Assembly: GCA_903939735.1 (NCBI GenBank)
Contig: CAJAIA010000018.1
Coordinates: 2,402 to 66,401 of the forward strand
Origin: an uncultured Ignavibacteria bacterium
Lineage (GTDB): Bacteria; Bacteroidota; Ignavibacteria; Kapaibacteriales; Kapaibacteriaceae
Reading direction: 5' to 3'
DNA: 64,000 nucleotides
Shown: one piece after another, positions 48,101-57,064 of the stretch
Numbering within the stretch: the first letter of the stretch is position 1
Layout: every line of letters starts with the position of its first letter
Made by a program: the position numbers and the translations under genes
The notes under the pieces: model-generated
The model's input: only the letters and a program-made list of their open reading frames with translations
What the model was told of the DNA's origin: nothing
Database searches by the model: none

Positions 48101-49867
48101 GTTACCGTCAGAGTCGAACTCTGTGAAGTATCCGTCAATGTTACCTGGCTGGTTGTTGACAGTCGTCGTTCCAAACTTCGCTGGACCGTCGAAGTAGCCC
48201 GTGGCAAACACCTTCAGACCATTCGGGGTAACTGCGACGGATGTTGCTGTCTCGGCACCTGCTCCGCCAAGCTGCTTAGCCCAGACGTACTGTGCAATAG
48301 GTGAGACACTCACGCGAACACGATAATTCACACCAGCAGACGGTGGCAACCACTTGTACGTGAGGCCCGTTGCGGTGTTCGTAATGTTTGTCCAGTTCGT
48401 TCCGCTATTGATCGAATAGTCGATCGACACCTGCTGTGTTGGAAGAACGCCGGCCCACTTGATCGTAACGGTGTCGCACGTGGAGAAGAGCTCTCCACCG
48501 ATAGGTGACTGCAGAAGGATAACGCCAGTGCCACCGACCAGAGTTGCTGAGGGAGGGCATGGCGTGCCCGTAAACGCAAGTTGTGCCTGACGGAACGACT
48601 GCATGTTGCCTTGCGTGAATTCAACGCGAATCACGCGCTTGCCATTCGGTGCAAGAGTGAACGGTGTAAACGTTGCCTGATTGAGAGGGAAATTCCAGTC
48701 GACAACCTTGAAGTAGGTAGCCGGTGAGATAACAGGTGCTGTTGCGACCGAGAATGGTGCGTTGAGTGCCGTGAGCGTGAGATTTGCGAACGACTTACCG
48801 TTGGGAGCTGGATCGCCGCAGAACAAGATTGGATCGCTGACCTCAACCTTTGCCAACGCAGTTGCCGGAGCTTGATACGGAATATTCGCAGTTGGGTTTG
48901 ATCCGCGCTTGAGCGTAATGCGAGCAACTCGGCTCAGTGCTTGTTCGGCACATGCATACGGTGATGTCCATGTGATCTGGCATGTCTTGGTTACTTGTGT
49001 CTCGAGGGCAAGCAACGAAAGAATATCGAGAAGTCGTGCTTCATTCGTGAGGATCGACTTACCACCCGTAGCACGAGCCAGCGCGTCAAGGGTCCAATGC
49101 GTCGATTCTTCCTTGATCGTAATCGCGAAGAATCGGATGCCCTGTGCTTGCATCAGCTGTGAATTGTCATTCACGAACTTCGTCTCATTCGGGATGCCGG
49201 GATTCGGCGTTCCGTCCGTGAGGAAGAATACAAACTTTGGAATGCTCGCTGGGCGACGCTTGAAGAGCTCGTAAATGTTGCTTCCGGATGATTCAAACGG
49301 CAACACATAATTCGTGACAGTCTGAATCTTGAGGTCCTTCAGCGAGTCGAGGATCGGCTGCTTGTTGTCGACCCACTCATTGATCACCTCGTAGGTACCC
49401 GCAAACGATACCAGTGATACGCGTGTTTGACCAACAAACTTCAGTTGATTCACAAAGGCGCGCACAGCGTCCTTGACAATATCCCAGCGCTGACGATTCG
49501 CGCCTGGAACGACGTCCCGCATCGAATTGGACCGGTCGAGGACGAAGATGATGCTCGCCTCAGGATCCTTGTTCTGCTCAACACACGAGTGCTTAATAGT
49601 TGCAGTCAGATCCTGCGGACCCAGACCCTGGGGTGTTTCAACCACCGAGAAGTCCTTTTCCGTGAGATCAGTGATCGGGTTGCCAGCAGCATCAAGTGCC
49701 ACGTAATCGGCAACAATCTTCGGAAACGCTGAAGCGTTAATGCCGTAGATGTTGATTGTCTGGGCTTGTGCAGCGACTGCTGCGAGCGCAAAGGCAACAA
49801 CAAGGATGAAACGCATGCTTCGAGAGTGCATGGTGGTTCCGTTCAAAAGAGAGGAAAAATTCTTCAT
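45125..49867 (-). CDS. Giant secreted vWA-domain adhesin with a T9SS C-terminal sorting domain
   Basis: A 1580-aa protein with a signal peptide. The vWA MIDAS motif IIFVLDRSNSMRD is near the N-terminus and is followed by long runs of Ig-like beta-rich repeats. The C-terminus (GVYFLRMISGPFVASTQFAVVK) is typical of Por/T9SS tails. Confidence 0.75.
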   Translation of the reverse strand: MKNFSSLLNGTTMHSRSMRFILVVAFALAAVAAQAQTINIYGINASAFPKIVADYVALDAAGNPITDLTEKDFSVVETPQGLGPQDLTATIKHSCVEQNKDPEASIIFVLDRSNSMRDVVPGANRQRWDIVKDAVRAFVNQLKFVGQTRVSLVSFAGTYEVINEWVDNKQPILDSLKDLKIQTVTNYVLPFESSGSNIYELFKRRPASIPKFVFFLTDGTPNPGIPNETKFVNDNSQLMQAQGIRFFAITIKEESTHWTLDALARATGGKSILTNEARLLDILSLLALETQVTKTCQITWTSPYACAEQALSRVARITLKRGSNPTANIPYQAPATALAKVEVSDPILFCGDPAPNGKSFANLTLTALNAPFSVATAPVISPATYFKVVDWNFPLNQATFTPFTLAPNGKRVIRVEFTQGNMQSFRQAQLAFTGTPCPPSATLVGGTGVILLQSPIGGELFSTCDTVTIKWAGVLPTQQVSIDYSINSGTNWTNITNTATGLTYKWLPPSAGVNYRVRVSVSPIAQYVWAKQLGGAGAETATSVAVTPNGLKVFATGYFDGPAKFGTTTVNNQPGNIDGYFTEFDSDGNIMNTMLLTGSASNDERVIGAVTDKDGNVYVAGYFSSQAASFGGFPLSPGPADTRNMFVYKFAPDGSLQWSNISKGSSTSSSESDCSDIGIRYDASGNPEIIVVGRFRKYIEVGISRGGTIERNGPYTGTAATTWRNYYVIYDAGGYPRLTANAAAPTAGGLVYKAKTVKDALNFTYATDSYTGPKSFTPPPITLPNSGLTDVFVTKNGASPASNDVSKNNFSVLAPQLTVTQNKVTFKSTPQGQQEPVSLTSVVQNRGSFPVTIQRISIAGTNPADFRVISPTVFPIRLDTGRTLSLELAFEPKGTGLRTAILEVVGNCNANTQIVLEGTGLAPCVWESQSTVTLGKVPLGQPTSRTVTCVLKNTGPLALNGKLTITKPDPDITIGNQGAFSLAANGGCFNLDVNIAAATPGIKTCTVDFGLPTDCGSAVSTITVEIVEPRVAIDSIDFGRVRLLTPVSGNITITNLNTDPASITGFSISDPTNANFSGITLPAPQVLAPGASIKIPVTYTPQTRGAHSVSVTATVQGQNTPLVGLIKGVGFQPVLEATGFTFKAWPISTTSPEQGKVTLRNTDADAALTINAVAFQNATTVFAWTGTPPTFPQTIAPGGTLELNVSFTPAVVGNNTINVCIEHDGKPGPGPVPPYANTCVEVKGIGLDQSGIPPINFANTLTCATRVDSFAIVNPSQFALNVQAAVGSGDAAAFELSEKAAFTVAPGETKVITVTFRPTAVQAYSASYAFANDQNLKLNVTMSGNGVSTPVDFRYGTIAQAQAGQVLSTPISVSYNAANFAGAAPTQFDITITHDAEAMSFAGFTQPEMLGWTFTPTPGVGSVAIRAQSVTGILTQGAFVTPTFNTYLNADSTLPMSMTVTSPLSCLVTTGDKTAVTMKFVCFTTGRLVKFGNQQFGLMNPRNNPVRDELVVAYTTGITVATTFQVVDAMGNIVIEATSGVTPSGSYLFEANTSSLASGVYFLRMISGPFVASTQFAVVK

Positions 49868-50910
49868 TGTTGGGAGCTCCTCAACGCCGTGGCGGGTTCA
49901 AGAAGCGTAAGCTGTTTCTTCGTTGCATCGAGCTCAGCCTGGATGCCAATTGGCAGCGTGAGCTTGCTCTTGACGTGCCCAAACGGAAGTCCGTAGATAG
50001 CAGGAACGCCAAGAGGCGCGATGCGCTCGTGAAACACTTGTTCGAGAGTAAACGATGGACCTGTGATTGAAATTCCCTTGGCTTCGCAGTTGCGGAAGTT
50101 GCCAAAGGCAATCGCCTTGCACGTCTGAAGCTTGCCGGCTAACCATAGCTGCGTCAGCATGCGGTCGATCCGGTATGGCTCTTCGTTGATTTCTTCAAGA
50201 AACAGGATGGCGTCCCGTGTGTCGATCTCGTACCGTGTACCCAGGGTGCTCACCACCATCGCGAGGTTGCCACCTGTGAGGCGGCCCTGCGCCAAGCCAG
50301 GTTGAATTGTGGTCAGGCGCTGATCTTGGAAGGCTTTTGGAGGCTGCGTTTGGAGAATCACGGATTCGAGTGATTGTACGGTGAAGGTATCAAAGCTGCT
50401 CGACGCCACAGGTCCGTGAAATGTGACAAGTCCGCTCATCTGGTTCACGGCAACCAGGAGTGCTGTGATGTCACTGAAGCCCATGATGACCTTCCCAGCC
50501 TGCCGAATGGCGGCGAAGTCAAGCAGGGGAAGAATACGCATCACGCCATATCCACCCCGCGCGCAAACGACAGCGTCAACCGTTGGGTCTTCGATAAACT
50601 CCATGAACTCGGCCGCGCGCTTTTCGTCGGGTGCTGACAAGTAACCAGAGCGGCGGGAGATGTTGCGGCCAAGTTTGGTTTTCACGCCCCATGCCGTGCA
50701 AAGCGCGACGAAGTCGCGGATCTCTGAAGAGAAGGCTGCACTGGCAGGCGCCACAATGCCGATTGTCGATCCAGGACCGATCCCACGCGGCAGAATACGC
50801 GCACGCTGAGCTGCCGTACCGGTATCGGTATCGGACGTTCCGCCTGCACGCAACAGCTGTTGTGCGGCAGGTACGGTAGCCAGTGTTTGTAGAAAACGGC
50901 GTCGTAACAT
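49864..50910 (-). CDS. ldcA: LD-carboxypeptidase (peptidase S66) with a Tat signal
   Basis: MLRRRFLQTLATVPAA twin-arginine motif, then the S66 motifs IGIVAPAS ... GFSDITALL. A 4-nt overlap with the downstream adhesin gene suggests an operon. Confidence 0.7.
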   Translation of the reverse strand: MLRRRFLQTLATVPAAQQLLRAGGTSDTDTGTAAQRARILPRGIGPGSTIGIVAPASAAFSSEIRDFVALCTAWGVKTKLGRNISRRSGYLSAPDEKRAAEFMEFIEDPTVDAVVCARGGYGVMRILPLLDFAAIRQAGKVIMGFSDITALLVAVNQMSGLVTFHGPVASSSFDTFTVQSLESVILQTQPPKAFQDQRLTTIQPGLAQGRLTGGNLAMVVSTLGTRYEIDTRDAILFLEEINEEPYRIDRMLTQLWLAGKLQTCKAIAFGNFRNCEAKGISITGPSFTLEQVFHERIAPLGVPAIYGLPFGHVKSKLTLPIGIQAELDATKKQLTLLEPATALRSSQQ

Positions 50911-50953
50911 GGTCGTATGGGTATAGTCCACCCCCACCACGGGGTATGGCTCA

Positions 50954-50961
50954 CAAAGGTA
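50954..50961 (-). promoter_or_regulatory. Putative -7 box (TACCTTTG on the minus strand) for the ldcA-adhesin operon
   Basis: It matches TAnnTTTG just upstream of the ldcA ORF start. Confidence 0.3.
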
Positions 50962-51063
50962 CGACTTTCCAAGCGTCCTTGCGAGGGTAAACGATGACCC
51001 TCACAAACGAACAACCCCTCGAATTCTATAGTGTTACAACGATTCGCCGTATATTGCAGGTTC

Positions 51064-51150
51064 GGAAAGGTGCAAGAGTGGTTGAATTGGCACGCCTGGA
51101 AAGCGTGTGTACCGGTAACGGTACCGCGGGTTCGAATCCCGCCCTTTCCG
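51064..51150 (+). tRNA. tRNA-Ser (anticodon GGA)
   Basis: GGAAAGG acceptor stem, 3-bp D-stem, anticodon loop CTGGAAA, long variable arm (GTACCGGTAACGGTAC) and T-arm GCGGGTTCGAATCCCGC. This is a class II tRNA of 87 nt. CCA is not encoded. Confidence 0.85.
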
Positions 51151-51196
51151 CAGTATGACTTTAGAGGGAGCTTCGCGCTCGTAGGATGAGAGATCT

Positions 51197-51841
51197 ATGA
51201 TCGACACTCCGCAGCAAGCGGCGGACTCGTCCGCTGAGGATGAGGCTGTTATCCGCGATGTACTCGCGGGTAAGACCAATGCCTTCGCGAAGCTCGAGCG
51301 GAAGTACCGTCGAATCGTGGCATTTCTCGTCCGAAAGATGGTGTCGAACGCCGATGATGTCGATGATTTGGTTCAGGACACGTTCGTCCGAGCGTATCAG
51401 GCATTGCCGAGCTTCCAGTTCGAGTATCCGTTCTCGCGGTGGCTTTACAAGATTGCGTCAAACCGTTGCATCGATTATCTCCGACGGCGGAGGTTCTCGA
51501 TGGTGTCGCTCGATCAGCCGATCACAGGCAAGGACGGCTCTGATTATGTCTGGGAGCCACGCGATGGAGGACTAACCCCAGAGGGGGTCGTACTCTCGAT
51601 CGAGCGGGCCCAGATGATTCGTGAGGCTTTGGCATCCATGCCTGAGAAGTATCAGGAAGTTATTCGGATGCGGCATGACGAAGAGCTTGAGTACCAGGAG
51701 ATAGCCGATCGCCTCGGACAGCCCCTTGGTACGGTGAAGGCCAATCTCTTTCGGGCGCGAAAGCGTCTGGTTGTTCTGCTTCGACAACATGGCAGGCACT
51801 TCGAAGAATACATGAGCGATGGAGGGGCGGATGACGACTGA
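51197..51841 (+). CDS. ECF-type RNA polymerase sigma factor
   Basis: The sigma-70 region 2 (DDLVQDTFVRAYQAL, FSRWLYKIASNRCIDYLRRRR) and region 4 (YQEIADRLGQPLGTVKANLFRARKRL). Confidence 0.85.
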   Translation: MIDTPQQAADSSAEDEAVIRDVLAGKTNAFAKLERKYRRIVAFLVRKMVSNADDVDDLVQDTFVRAYQALPSFQFEYPFSRWLYKIASNRCIDYLRRRRFSMVSLDQPITGKDGSDYVWEPRDGGLTPEGVVLSIERAQMIREALASMPEKYQEVIRMRHDEELEYQEIADRLGQPLGTVKANLFRARKRLVVLLRQHGRHFEEYMSDGGADDD

Positions 51842-52268
51842 ACGCAAGCCTCTCTGGCCGTGGATTCTGATGATCGCACTTGGTGTGGTTGTCGTGGTTG
51901 CGATAACGTCGCTGGTGTGGCGATTTGTCAATCCACCGGTGAGCCCTCTGACAAATGACGAAGATCCGCGGAGTGTGATTCAAGTTGAGGTCGTTAATGC
52001 CTCGGGCCGCCCGGGTGCTGGACGACTTGTGATGGAGTTCCTCCGCGATCGTGGATTTGATGTGGTCGAGATTGGCAACGACACATCCCGTCCGCGTCGA
52101 TCATCGATTATCGATCGGGTGGGGGATCGGACATCAGCCCGGAAAGTCGCGCAGACGCTGGGTATTGCCGATTCACTCATTGCGACCGACCTCGACTCAA
52201 TGCGATTTCTTCAGTCGTCGATCATTATCGGCGCTGATCTTGACAACCTTGAACCGTTTACTGATTGA
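51819..52268 (+). CDS. Membrane-anchored LytR_C-domain protein
   Basis: A single TM (LWPWILMIALGVVVVVAITSLVW), then the LytR C-terminal-like domain (IQVEVVNASGRPGAGRLVMEFLRDRGFDVVEIGN). It overlaps the sigma gene by 23 nt. Confidence 0.6.
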   Translation: MEGRMTTERKPLWPWILMIALGVVVVVAITSLVWRFVNPPVSPLTNDEDPRSVIQVEVVNASGRPGAGRLVMEFLRDRGFDVVEIGNDTSRPRRSSIIDRVGDRTSARKVAQTLGIADSLIATDLDSMRFLQSSIIIGADLDNLEPFTD

Positions 52269-52286
52269 TCCATAAAGGATGTTTCA

Positions 52287-52700
52287 TTGGCAACTTCTAA
52301 ACCACGTACCGTAAAGGGGCGCGCAGTACTTTGCGCACGTCTCGCGCAAGAAAAGCTCGCGCACGATATCCTCGTGCTCGACCTTGGTGATATTGAGGCG
52401 GCACCAGCAGAGTACTTCGTGATCGCATCTGTCGATTCGGATGCGCAACTCCGTGCAGCAGCCGATAGCATCGAGGATGCGATGCGCTCTCTCGGGCTGG
52501 GCTCACCCCGCTCAGAAGGCCGCGGTACATCGACATGGGTCATCCTCGATTACTTCGACATTGTGGTCCATTTGATGCTGACGACAACACGTGAGTTCTA
52601 CAAGCTGGAACGCCTCTGGGGCGACGCAAAGGCGTACACGCTCACCGAAGCGGGTACGGCTAAGGCAACGAAGATTTCGACAAAGAGGACGACAGAATAA
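52287..52700 (+). CDS. rsfS: Ribosomal silencing factor RsfS (Iojap)
   Basis: ILVLDLGDIEAAPAEYFVIASVDSDAQLRAAADSIEDA ... DYFDIVVHLM is the RsfS pattern. Probable TTG start. Confidence 0.75.
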   Translation: MATSKPRTVKGRAVLCARLAQEKLAHDILVLDLGDIEAAPAEYFVIASVDSDAQLRAAADSIEDAMRSLGLGSPRSEGRGTSTWVILDYFDIVVHLMLTTTREFYKLERLWGDAKAYTLTEAGTAKATKISTKRTTE

Positions 52701-54346
52701 TGATGATGCAGCAGTATATCGCGCCACATGTTCAGCGGGCGCTCGAGCAGCTTGGCGTGCAGCTTAATGGCGAGGTGGTCTTCGGCGTGCCGCGCCAAGA
52801 AGGCCATGGTCATCTCTCGACGAATGTCGCGATGATGTATGCGAAGGCTCTTGGTAAGCAACCGCGCGCATTCGCACAGGAACTCATCGATGCGCTTGGT
52901 ACGGTGCCGATGGTGGCTGCAATTGAGCTTGCCGGACCGGGCTTTATCAACATTACGTTCGACAATAGCGTGTATCACGCAATGCTGCGTGATCTGGATA
53001 TGATCGGTGATAACATCGGTCGGTCAACAGTAGGCGCGAACCGGACGGTGAATGTCGAGTACGTGAGTGCTAATCCTACGGGTCCGCTGCATGCAGGCCA
53101 CGGACGGAATTGTGCTGTGGGCGATACGATTGCCAACTTGTTCGCGTGGAATGGGTACGCGGTTACCCGCGAGTACTATTTCAACAACGCCGGCAATCAG
53201 ATGTCGAAACTCGCCGAGAGTATCTACGCGCGTGTGCAACACCGTCTCGGCGTCGAGGATTATCCGTTCCCTGAAGACGGCTACCATGGCGAGTATATCC
53301 ACGAAATCGCTGAGGATATTGCGCAGAACCATCGCGTGTCTGTCGTGGATGTTTCCGATGATACTGCGCGCGAATTCTGCAAAAAGCAGGGTGAGCGTTG
53401 GTGCTTTGCGTCAATTCAACGAACACTCTCAGCGCTGAACATCCATCATGATGAGTACTTCAACGAGGACTCATTGTATCGGGATGGTAAGGTCACAGCG
53501 ACGATCGCGGATCTTCGCGAGAGGGGGCTGGTGTACGAACAAGACGGTGCAACATGGTTTGCACTTACCCAGCTCGGACAACAGCAAGACAAGGTGATTG
53601 TGAAGTCGACTGGCGAACCAACGTATCGTCTGCCTGATATCGCATATCACCGCGACAAGCTTCAGCGTGGTTTTGATATCGTTGTCGACATCTTCGGTGC
53701 TGATCATATCGCAACTGTCCCTGACGTGCTTGCCGGTGTACGAGCCCTTGGATTCGATACGAACAACGTAAAAGCCGTGATTCATCAGATGGTGACGTTT
53801 GTTGAGAACGGCGAAGTCGTCAAGTTCTCCAAACGCAGCGGTAAGTCCTTCACACTCGATGAGCTGATTGATGAAGTAGGTGCGGATGTTGTTCGCTTCT
53901 TCTTTGTTATGCGTGCTGTAGGGACGCATCTCGAGTTCGATCTTGGCCTTGCGAAAGAAGAGGGCGACAAGAACCCTGTGTTCTATCTCCAGTATGCTCA
54001 TGCACGTATCTGCTCGATCCTGCGCAAGGCGGCTGAACGTGATGTAACAGTCGATCATACCGCAGATCTCACTGTTCTAACGCACCCGCGTGAAATTGAG
54101 TTGATAGGCATGATCTCTCGTATGCAATCGGCGATTGAACGTGCGTGTGAGAATCTCGAGCCACACACCGTGGCCGAATACCTCCGTGAGCTGGCAGCTT
54201 CGTATCACAACTTCTATCACGATTGCCGCATTCTTGGCTCTGAGCCACAACTCGAAGCAGCACGTCTTGTTCTTGCCGACGTAACACGTCGCGCGATGCG
54301 GAACGGCTTGCTACTCCTCGGTGTTGGCACGCCGGAAATAATGTGA
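52700..54346 (+). CDS. argS: Arginine--tRNA ligase
   Basis: 548 aa with the HIGH-like motif PTGPLHAGHGRN. The N-terminal Arg-tRNA-binding and anticodon-binding domains are collinear with ArgS. Confidence 0.9.
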   Translation: MMMQQYIAPHVQRALEQLGVQLNGEVVFGVPRQEGHGHLSTNVAMMYAKALGKQPRAFAQELIDALGTVPMVAAIELAGPGFINITFDNSVYHAMLRDLDMIGDNIGRSTVGANRTVNVEYVSANPTGPLHAGHGRNCAVGDTIANLFAWNGYAVTREYYFNNAGNQMSKLAESIYARVQHRLGVEDYPFPEDGYHGEYIHEIAEDIAQNHRVSVVDVSDDTAREFCKKQGERWCFASIQRTLSALNIHHDEYFNEDSLYRDGKVTATIADLRERGLVYEQDGATWFALTQLGQQQDKVIVKSTGEPTYRLPDIAYHRDKLQRGFDIVVDIFGADHIATVPDVLAGVRALGFDTNNVKAVIHQMVTFVENGEVVKFSKRSGKSFTLDELIDEVGADVVRFFFVMRAVGTHLEFDLGLAKEEGDKNPVFYLQYAHARICSILRKAAERDVTVDHTADLTVLTHPREIELIGMISRMQSAIERACENLEPHTVAEYLRELAASYHNFYHDCRILGSEPQLEAARLVLADVTRRAMRNGLLLLGVGTPEIM

Positions 54347-54358
54347 TGTAACGATCCC

Positions 54359-55240
54359 ATGGTGCGCGACTACTATTACGAGCTGAGTGATCGAGGTGTG
54401 CTTACGCTTGATGGCGTTGAGCAAGACGATCCGTGGTTCTGTGATTTTTTCTTTCGTCGCGTTGCACCAACGGCTAATCCGGAGTATCCCGAATACCCGT
54501 TCGTCTGTCGATGTGGTGATGAGATGAACTACCTGCGTCCCGCCGATACACCGATTGTCTATACGGGTTTCGACGGTTCGCGATTGTCGTATGGGGCATC
54601 ACTTAGCACACCGTTTGCGCCCGACCGTTTGCTCTACTCGCACGATGGCGTGCTCTATCACTGGGCGCCCGTTGGCGACGTGGGCAGAATCGTACCGCAT
54701 GTGGCAACCGAGATTGCCCAACGCATCGAGCCGTGGGGTCCGTACTATGCATACGTGGGTGATGATGGGCGTGAGATGATCCCCATTATGCCACGCATCT
54801 CGGATCGTGAGATTTCTGTGCTGCGACCGCGACGTGATAACTCTTGCGTCGGATGCGGTCAGGCCAATCCGTTCTCGTTGCGATTATCGTTTGTAGTTGA
54901 TCACGCTGATGCATCGGTGTCGACGTGGCTGCGGCCGGATCTACGGTTTCAGGGAGCAATGGAGACAACGCATGGCGGAATGATCTCGTTGCTCCTGGAC
55001 GAGGCGATGGGGAAGGCGCTTAGCGCACAAGGGATCAAGGGGCCAACGGCACATCTTGGTGTCAACTTCCGCCGTCCGATGATACTGGGAGAAGAGTACT
55101 GCATCCGAGCATGGATTCGCGAGCAACAAGGACGTAAGAAGTTCGTCAACGCTGAAGTGCGTGCGTGGAACAATCCAGACGTTGTGATTGCTAATGCCGA
55201 CGCACTCTTCATTGAACGAGCCCCCACGCCCCCTGCATGA
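54359..55240 (+). CDS. Fusion protein: N-terminal Cys-containing domain of unknown function plus C-terminal PaaI-like hotdog thioesterase
   Basis: The C-terminal 140 aa (CVGCGQANPFSLRLSF...GGMISLLLDEAMG...FVNAEVRAWN) fit the 4HBT/PaaI thioesterase fold. The N-terminal ~150 aa with CRCG is unassigned. Confidence 0.5.
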   Translation: MVRDYYYELSDRGVLTLDGVEQDDPWFCDFFFRRVAPTANPEYPEYPFVCRCGDEMNYLRPADTPIVYTGFDGSRLSYGASLSTPFAPDRLLYSHDGVLYHWAPVGDVGRIVPHVATEIAQRIEPWGPYYAYVGDDGREMIPIMPRISDREISVLRPRRDNSCVGCGQANPFSLRLSFVVDHADASVSTWLRPDLRFQGAMETTHGGMISLLLDEAMGKALSAQGIKGPTAHLGVNFRRPMILGEEYCIRAWIREQQGRKKFVNAEVRAWNNPDVVIANADALFIERAPTPPA

Positions 55241-56490
55241 ATCAGCAGCCGAGTATTATGATCTTCAGTGTCGTCATCGGACTCGTGACGATGCTGGTGG
55301 ATGTCTATGTCCTCCATGCATGGATGCGCCACGTGCGATCGCGTGCACTCTCGCCATGGTGGCATCGCGTGCCGTGGATCATTGCGACGATCATTGGCTT
55401 GGTGTACTGGTATGTTGTGTACCGTCGTCACTTCTTCCGACTGGATGGACTTGATGTTACGCTGTTTGGTATCACAGCGTTCTGGTTCCTCCCGAAGATG
55501 GCCATCCTTCCGGTTCTGGTAGTCCGTGATGCTCTGCGTGGTATTCGACGGCTTATTGCACGCCGAACCCCGGTTGTTGCTGCGATCGATGAAGCGCCAC
55601 AAGTTGATACGCCCTCGACGTCGCGTCGCGCATTCCTCGGTACCACCACATGGTCGTTAGCAGCGATTCCCTACGTGATGGTTGGTCGTGGCATGTGGAG
55701 CACGATCTATGACTTTGAGACAACGAACGTCCCAGTGTTTATTCCACGCCTGCCCAAAGCATTCGACGGATTTCGCATCGTTCAGCTTTCGGATGTGCAT
55801 GCTGGATCGTTTCCAGATCACCGTCCATTTGAAGAGGTGCGACGCATCGTTGATATGCTCAAGCCGGACATGGTGGTGGTGACGGGCGACTGGGTAAACA
55901 TGCAACCGCAGGAGCTGGCTGTGATTGCTCGAGAGGTGCCGAAGCTTCGCGCGGAATTCGGTGTGCGCGCTGTTCTCGGTAATCACGATCACTACCATTC
56001 GCCAGAAGAACATCAGCGATTAATCACAAGTATTCGTGGACTTGATGTAGACCTACTGATCAATGAGCATCGCCGTATTGCGCTGGGTAACGATGCGTTT
56101 ATTCTGGCTGGTACAGATAACACTGGGTTCAAACAGAACTTTGCACGCCTCGACAAAGCGCTCGAGGGCGTTGTTGGTGACGAAGCGACAATCCTGTTGG
56201 CTCACGATCCAACGTTCTGGGATATGCAGGTCGTGGGGAAGAAGCCGATCGATCTTATGCTGTCGGGGCATACACATGGTGGACAGCTAGGCGTGCAGCT
56301 TATGGGGTTCGAATGGAGTCCGGCACAGCACATCTACAAACAGTGGTCTGGTCTGTATCAGACAGGCGAGCAGCAGCTGTATGTCAACCGTGGCATCGGA
56401 ACAGTTGGTCCACCGATCCGCATCGGCATTCGTCCGGAGATTACGCACTTCACCTTGCATTCTGCAGGAGCTTTTGACCATCTTGCATGA
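55237..56490 (+). CDS. Membrane-anchored metallophosphoesterase (calcineurin-like)
   Basis: N-terminal TM helices, an internal Tat-like RRAFLGTT, and the phosphoesterase motifs VQLSDVHAG, VVTGDWVN, GNHDHY and GHTHGG. Confidence 0.75.
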   Translation: MNQQPSIMIFSVVIGLVTMLVDVYVLHAWMRHVRSRALSPWWHRVPWIIATIIGLVYWYVVYRRHFFRLDGLDVTLFGITAFWFLPKMAILPVLVVRDALRGIRRLIARRTPVVAAIDEAPQVDTPSTSRRAFLGTTTWSLAAIPYVMVGRGMWSTIYDFETTNVPVFIPRLPKAFDGFRIVQLSDVHAGSFPDHRPFEEVRRIVDMLKPDMVVVTGDWVNMQPQELAVIAREVPKLRAEFGVRAVLGNHDHYHSPEEHQRLITSIRGLDVDLLINEHRRIALGNDAFILAGTDNTGFKQNFARLDKALEGVVGDEATILLAHDPTFWDMQVVGKKPIDLMLSGHTHGGQLGVQLMGFEWSPAQHIYKQWSGLYQTGEQQLYVNRGIGTVGPPIRIGIRPEITHFTLHSAGAFDHLA

Positions 56491-56512
56491 TTCCGTTTCA
56501 CGAGGGTTCTTC

Positions 56513-57055
56513 ATGCGCGTCGTCTTCAGCATTGTCATTGCAGCACTCTTCTGTGTGCAAGCCGTTCCAGCACAACAGCTCATTGAGCTCGGTATCAAGG
56601 CTGGTACAAATCATACGTCACCGGGCGGTCTGCCGAGCGGTGTTCACGGGACCGCGGGCTTTGGCTATCAAGTAGGTGGCTCGCTGCAGGTCGGACTCTT
56701 TGATGTCGTAGCACTTGTGGGGGAACTCACATTCGATCGCCGCACCTATCATCTCCATAGCACGGCGAAGGAGTTTGATGTTGCAACATCATCGATCAAT
56801 GTGCCTATTCTGCTGCGTATCGGACTCCCCCTGAAACTGATGCTCGAATTGGGTCCGCAATACACACACTTTGTCTCGACCAACAACGCCACCACGACTG
56901 ATGGTGAGGGCTTTGCTGTGATCGGTGCTGTGTGGAAACCGTTCAATCTGCATATCGGCGTTCGCTATCTGCGTGGCCTGACGTCGATCTCAACGGGTCT
57001 TGACAACGACATCACCAACAGCGTAACGCAGTTCTATCTCTGCTACGTCTTGTAA
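56513..57055 (+). CDS. Small outer-membrane beta-barrel protein (OmpW/porin-like)
   Basis: A signal peptide (MRVVFSIVIAALFCVQAVPAQ), then alternating beta-strand patterns over about 180 aa. Confidence 0.55.
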   Translation: MRVVFSIVIAALFCVQAVPAQQLIELGIKAGTNHTSPGGLPSGVHGTAGFGYQVGGSLQVGLFDVVALVGELTFDRRTYHLHSTAKEFDVATSSINVPILLRIGLPLKLMLELGPQYTHFVSTNNATTTDGEGFAVIGAVWKPFNLHIGVRYLRGLTSISTGLDNDITNSVTQFYLCYVL

Positions 57056-57064
57056 GGAAGCGTT

